A DNA stretch of 64,000 bases, from NCBI GenBank assembly GCA_043228905.1, contig JBHGNT010000001.1, positions 16,182,001 to 16,246,000 on the forward strand. The letters are read 5' to 3'. The first letter of the stretch is position 1. Each line of letters begins with the position of its first letter. Source of the DNA: Azolla caroliniana. Lineage: Eukaryota > Plantae > Polypodiophyta. The position numbers were made by a program, and so were the translations under genes. The notes beneath the pieces were generated by a model. That model was not told where the DNA came from, searched no databases, and was given only the letters and a program-made list of their open reading frames with translations. Shown here piece by piece: positions 59,480 through 64,000 of the stretch.

Positions 59480-59890
59480 TGTAAAAACAAATAGCTTGCG
59501 GAAGCAATAGAAAACTGAACACAGAAACACAAGTTTAATGGAGAGCTTGACAGTACGCGGGAGAGACAGAGAAAGAGCAAAACAAGATAAATCTATTTCA
59601 AAACAATAATAACTCTCTCTGTACATAAAACGTGCTCAACAACACTATTTATACAAGTCCTAAGAGGACTGACAGAAGTACGGTGTACTTCAATGCTCAT
59701 TCGAGCGTCTGACACTAACTACTAGTCATTAACTCCCTCGCAGTCTAGGCTGCTACTAGGCCTCCGGTTACTGCTAGATCCGGCTCACCGGCTCACCGAT
59801 CCAGCTCATCCTTCCGGATGCCGATCCGGCTCAGGCTTATTCAGTCGATCTGGATCCGGTTGAGGTTGCCGCTCAACACTCCCCTTCAAG
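59480..59890 (-). repeat. Copia-like 3' LTR (59480-59878) with PPT
   Basis: Similar to LTR 54159-54596 (TGCGGAAGC, TTTATACAAG, CTGACACTAA); CTCCCCTTC abuts the CA end. Confidence 0.65.
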
Positions 59891-60269
59891 CTCAACTTGA
59901 GGTCGGATCGTAGTGTTAGTCTCCATGGCAACCGGTCCTTCCACCTCGTTCCTTTTGGCGTCACTCCGCCTCGCTCGCGCTCCTCGTCCAGTCCAGTCTC
60001 GTTTGCCCCGACCCTTCTAATTTTGTGCACCTCGACCTCCTTGGTCGGCTTGTCTGCTCAACAAGCCCAGTTCAGCTCCCTCGTTGTTGTGACTTCGGCG
60101 CTTGCCGATTCGCCGATCCCTTCATGTTGGCGTCGACTTTCGCTGCATTCTCGTCCTCTTGGCCTTGAATTGATCCGGTTCTTCTGAATCCTTCTGTTGA
60201 ACCGAATCGGTTGTCTCCGATTCATTCCAGCTCTTGTTCTCAATGAAAGATTTGGGTCTGGCAAGACAT

Positions 60270-60641
60270 ATATTGGGGAGGCACATAGTCCGGGACTACA
60301 CGAAGAAGTTATTGTGGCTGTCATAGGAGAAATACATGAGGAAGGTGCTCCAACAGTTCAACATGACAGATGCAAAGTTGGTCAGGTCGACACTTTCATC
60401 AAACTGCAAGTTGTCCAGGAAGCAAAGTCCGAAGACAAAGACAAAGAAGTCAGAGATGATGAAGGTACCATATGCCTCTACCGTCAGAAGCCTAATGTAC
60501 GCAATGGTGTGTACCCGACCAGACATCGGATCTGTAGTTGGAGTTGTCATCCGGTTCATGAACAATCCGAGAAGAGACCACTGGACCGCGGTCAAGTGGA
60601 TACTCTGGTACTTGAAAGACGCCTCGCGTATATGCCTCTGA
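60270..60641 (+). pseudogene. Copia RT C-terminal fragment
   Basis: KVPYAS...SLMYAMVCTRPDI...HWTAVKWIL. Confidence 0.8.
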
Positions 60642-60659
60642 TTCGGCTCAGCTTCAATG

Positions 60660-63600
60660 CTGCACTTCAGAACCTTTGGGTGTATGTGCTACGCACATGT
60701 TCCAGATGTGAGCAGAAAGAAGTTGGATGCTAAAAAGCAAGAATTGTATCTTTCTCAGATATAGTGAAGAGTCAAAGGCCTATCGACTCTACGATCTAGA
60801 GGCAAGAAATATATTGACAAGTCGCGATGTGGTGTTCGATGAGGAACAATCACAGCTAGCTGAGAACAACAATTCTCAAGTTCTTTCATCAACCGAAGAA
60901 GTATTCCCCCCAATCCTCACCCACTATCCAGAAAAGGAAGTTGAACCATCTGATGGTAATGGCTTGCTAGTTCAGCCTATGCCAGTGCGACATGTAAAGA
61001 AAATACCTAAGTGGGCTCAACAACTCCTAAAGTACTCTTAAAGTTGAGTTTCCTAAAACTTCAACTGATGGATTGCGAAGATCAAGAAGAATACTCTTAG
61101 GGAGAACCTTTGACCACATTGTCAACATGGCTCTGATGGTGGACATCATAGGCTCAGTGTGTGAACCGACCTCTGTGGAGGAAGCCACGGCCAACACGAA
61201 GTGGAAAGAGGCGATGATATCAGAATACGATAGCATCATGAAAAATGACACATGGGAGTTGGTAGAGAGGCCAACAAAGAGGACGGTGACAGGCACCAAG
61301 TGGGTGTGGAAAGTAAAGTATAAAGTTGATGGTTCTTTGGAGAAATTTAAGGCCAGGCTAGTAGCGCAAGGATACTTCCAAATTGAAGGGTTCGATGTAA
61401 GAAACATTTGCACCAACAACTCGCATGACAACAATTCGAATGGTCATAGCGTTGGCTGCTTCAAGAGGATGGCCGATTTATCAAATGGATGTCAAATCGG
61501 CATTTCTGAATGAGCATCTCAAGGAGGAGGTATACGCGACACAACCACCAGGGTTTGAGATGCTGAATTCAGAAAACAAAGTCTGCAAGCTGAAGAAGGC
61601 GTTGTATGATCTAAATCAAGCATTTAGAGCTTGGAACAAGAGGATAGACAGCTTCTTACAATCAATCGACTTTAAGCAATGTGCTTCGGATGCAAGTATG
61701 TATGTCAAAATGAAGGAAGGGAAACAAGTCATCATCATCATTTACGTGGATCATCTAGTACTTACTGGTGACCATGAAGAGTGTATTGGCCAAACACAAG
61801 AGTGTTTGAAAACTGAGTATGAAATGATAGACTTGGGGATTTTACACTACTTCCTTGGAATTGAGGTTTGGCAAACCTCGGTTGGCATCATCATGTCACA
61901 AAGAAAGTACGCAATAGAGATCTTGAAGACCTTTGGGATGATGGACGGCAAGTCGAAGTCGACTCCAATGGAGTCAAACTACAAGCTATCCCAAGAAGAC
62001 CCGTCATCAATGGTTGATATAAGAAGTATAGACACCTAGTAGGAAGTCTAATTTTCCTATGCAACACTAGGCCGGATATTTGTTTTGCAGTCGGTGTGGT
62101 GAGTTGATTCAGTAACAAGCCGAAGGAGACTCATTGGAAAGTTGCACTACGTGTATTACAATACATTGTGGGTACTTTAAATTACGGAATATTCTAAAAG
62201 CCAACAATTGACGAACTTAGTGGATATTATGACTTCGATTGGGTTGGAGATAGTGATTCCAGAAAATCAGTTTCTGGATATTGTTTTTCAATAGGCTCTA
62301 GAGTTGTTTCATGGAGTAGTAAAAAACAACCAACTGTGGCACTATCTTCAACGGAGGCAGAATACAAAGCAACATGCATAGGAGCATGCGAGGTAGTTTG
62401 GCTAAGAAGAATACTTATGGATGTGGCGGTTCCAATAAGGACGGTGTCGTGTGGTTTTTCACACATGATATAAAAACTATGTAAAATAATAATAATGAAA
62501 TAATTATTTTAGATTAGATTAGTAGCTTATTATAGAAAGATGGATGTACTCAAGAGCTTTAAAACGCATTTCACTACATACAAGATGGAAGTTATGAGAA
62601 CATAAAGTTTGAGAAGATAGGGAAAATAGAATTTTGAAGTATCCCACATAGATAGGAAACTTAAGGCCCTGGCTATATAAGCACATTGAGATCCCTCATT
62701 TTTCATTTGTGCTAAGAGCACTTTAGCCACTTTGTCTAGATAGATGAATGTGGCCAAGTTCCTAAAAACCGACTGGCAATAAAATGGAACCGGAACCGGC
62801 CAATAATAAAATCAAAACCGGTCAGAAAGAAATTTAGAACCGAACGGTAAGCAAATCGGAACCGGCTAGTAAGCAAACCGGAACCGGCCGGAAAGCAAAC
62901 CGAAATCAGCTGGTAATCATCGAATTGGCCGGTTATGGAACCAGAATTGGTTGGAAAGCAAACCGGAATTGGTCGGTAAGCAATCCGAAACCGGCCGGTA
63001 ATCAAATCGAAACCGGTGAAACCGGCGAAACCGGCAATTGGATGAAGTCGGAAACCGGGCGAAGCCGGCAACCGGAAATCGGCGACCGAACGAGGCTGGA
63101 TGCGGACCAGACGGATTGGATGGGCGGCGATCGAGACGGACGGATGATAGGATCATGTGGCAAATTAAAGTAAAGTAAAGGAGACTAAAGTAAAGGCCAT
63201 GTGGACAGTCGCATGCAACTAAAAGAAAAAGGCATGCAACTAAAAATGGATGCAACTAAAAGTAGAGGCCATGCAACTAAAAGTGGGCATGCAAAGTAAC
63301 AGTGAAGGGATGATCAACGGAGAACTCCATATATAATCCTCTTTTTTTTTACACTCATCCACTCTCTCTGCATTTTTCTTTTTCTTTTCCTTCTTAGCTC
63401 CCTTATCTTATCGAAGCCATAACACTCAAAAACCCTAATTTTCCTTACGAAATCCATAAACCCTAATTTTCCCTACGGAAGCAATATCTCTCAAAACCCC
63501 TAATTTTTCCTTTCTATTATTCTCAGTAAACCTAAAACTTTGGAATCCCAATCTTGGGACATATTGTAATTTATTTTCCTTTGTTAATGAAAATTACTAA

Positions 63601-63784
63601 ATTTTCTCCTTTCTATTAATTGTTAAAAGTATAAACCCACGAATGTGATGTCCTCTAGTAAGAGGCCTCGGGGTCCTGCCTCAAGTTCACATATCCTCGT
63701 CATATTTTCGCGACAACGGCAATGGTATTGTGTGACAATTAGAGTTGCATGGCCATTGCCAAGAACCCCGTATTTCATGCACGA
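60660..63784 (+). pseudogene. pol: Copia IN(C-term)-RT-RNaseH, degenerate, interrupted at 62445-63715 and at 63785
   Basis: KKLDAKS, EPTSVEEA, KFKARLVAQG, YQMDVKSAFL, SWSSKKQ..VALSSTEAEY, AKNPVFHAR. Confidence 0.88.
62445..63715 (+). mobile_element. 1271-bp non-coding TGTCG...CGACA element (solo-LTR-like), 4-bp TSD
   Basis: Perfect ACGG TSD (62441-62444, 63716-63719); removing the element and one TSD restores the copia RNase H frame; sister of 16733-18797. Confidence 0.9.
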
Positions 63785-64000
63785 TGTCGTGATGTGGCAT
63801 GTCTAGTGCGAGAAAAACTCAAAAATTGAGGATCCACACACATTTCACGAATACTTGTAAAAATGAAAATAAATAAACCTAGGTCACAATGGCATTGAGT
63901 GCATGTAGAGGGTTGCAAGTAGGATTTGAACCTTGCACCTCTAAGGTAAGAGGCAATTACCTTACCACTAAAGCTACTACAAACTGCTTTAGATGTTCTA
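63785..64000 (+). mobile_element. Start of another TGTCGTGA... element with a tRNA-like module (related to 31806-32928)
   Basis: Starts TGTCGTGA after ACGA; 63911-63978 resembles 32399-32468. Confidence 0.65.

Overview
This is repeat-saturated eukaryotic plant DNA; the element types suggest a non-seed plant such as a fern (inference). I found no host protein-coding gene. The window is a deep nest of retroelements. (1) Five Tcn1-like chromoviral Ty3/gypsy elements, one apparently intact and very young (3372-9119: TSD ACCGT, near-identical 457-bp LTRs, open gag and pol, self-priming PBS, -1 frameshift signal). (2) Non-chromoviral Ty3/gypsy elements with a large extra 3' ORF, one complete (42698-52667, TSD CCTAG). 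(3) Several degenerate Ty1/copia elements and solo LTRs. (4) A full-length APE-RT LINE inserted in the (CT)n tract of a copia LTR. (5) 1.1-1.3-kb TGTC...GACA elements with 4-bp CG-centred target sites. The top candidate for novelty is the 42698-52667 element: it has no polypurine tract before its 3' LTR and instead carries a second, oppositely oriented tRNA-Arg primer-binding site there, suggesting tRNA priming of both DNA strands. Also notable are a complete CCA-bearing tRNA-Arg(UCU) copy at a PBS position and tRNA-type Pol III A/B-box modules inside the LTRs of several families. Coordinates were read by eye and may be off by a few nt where marked approximate.
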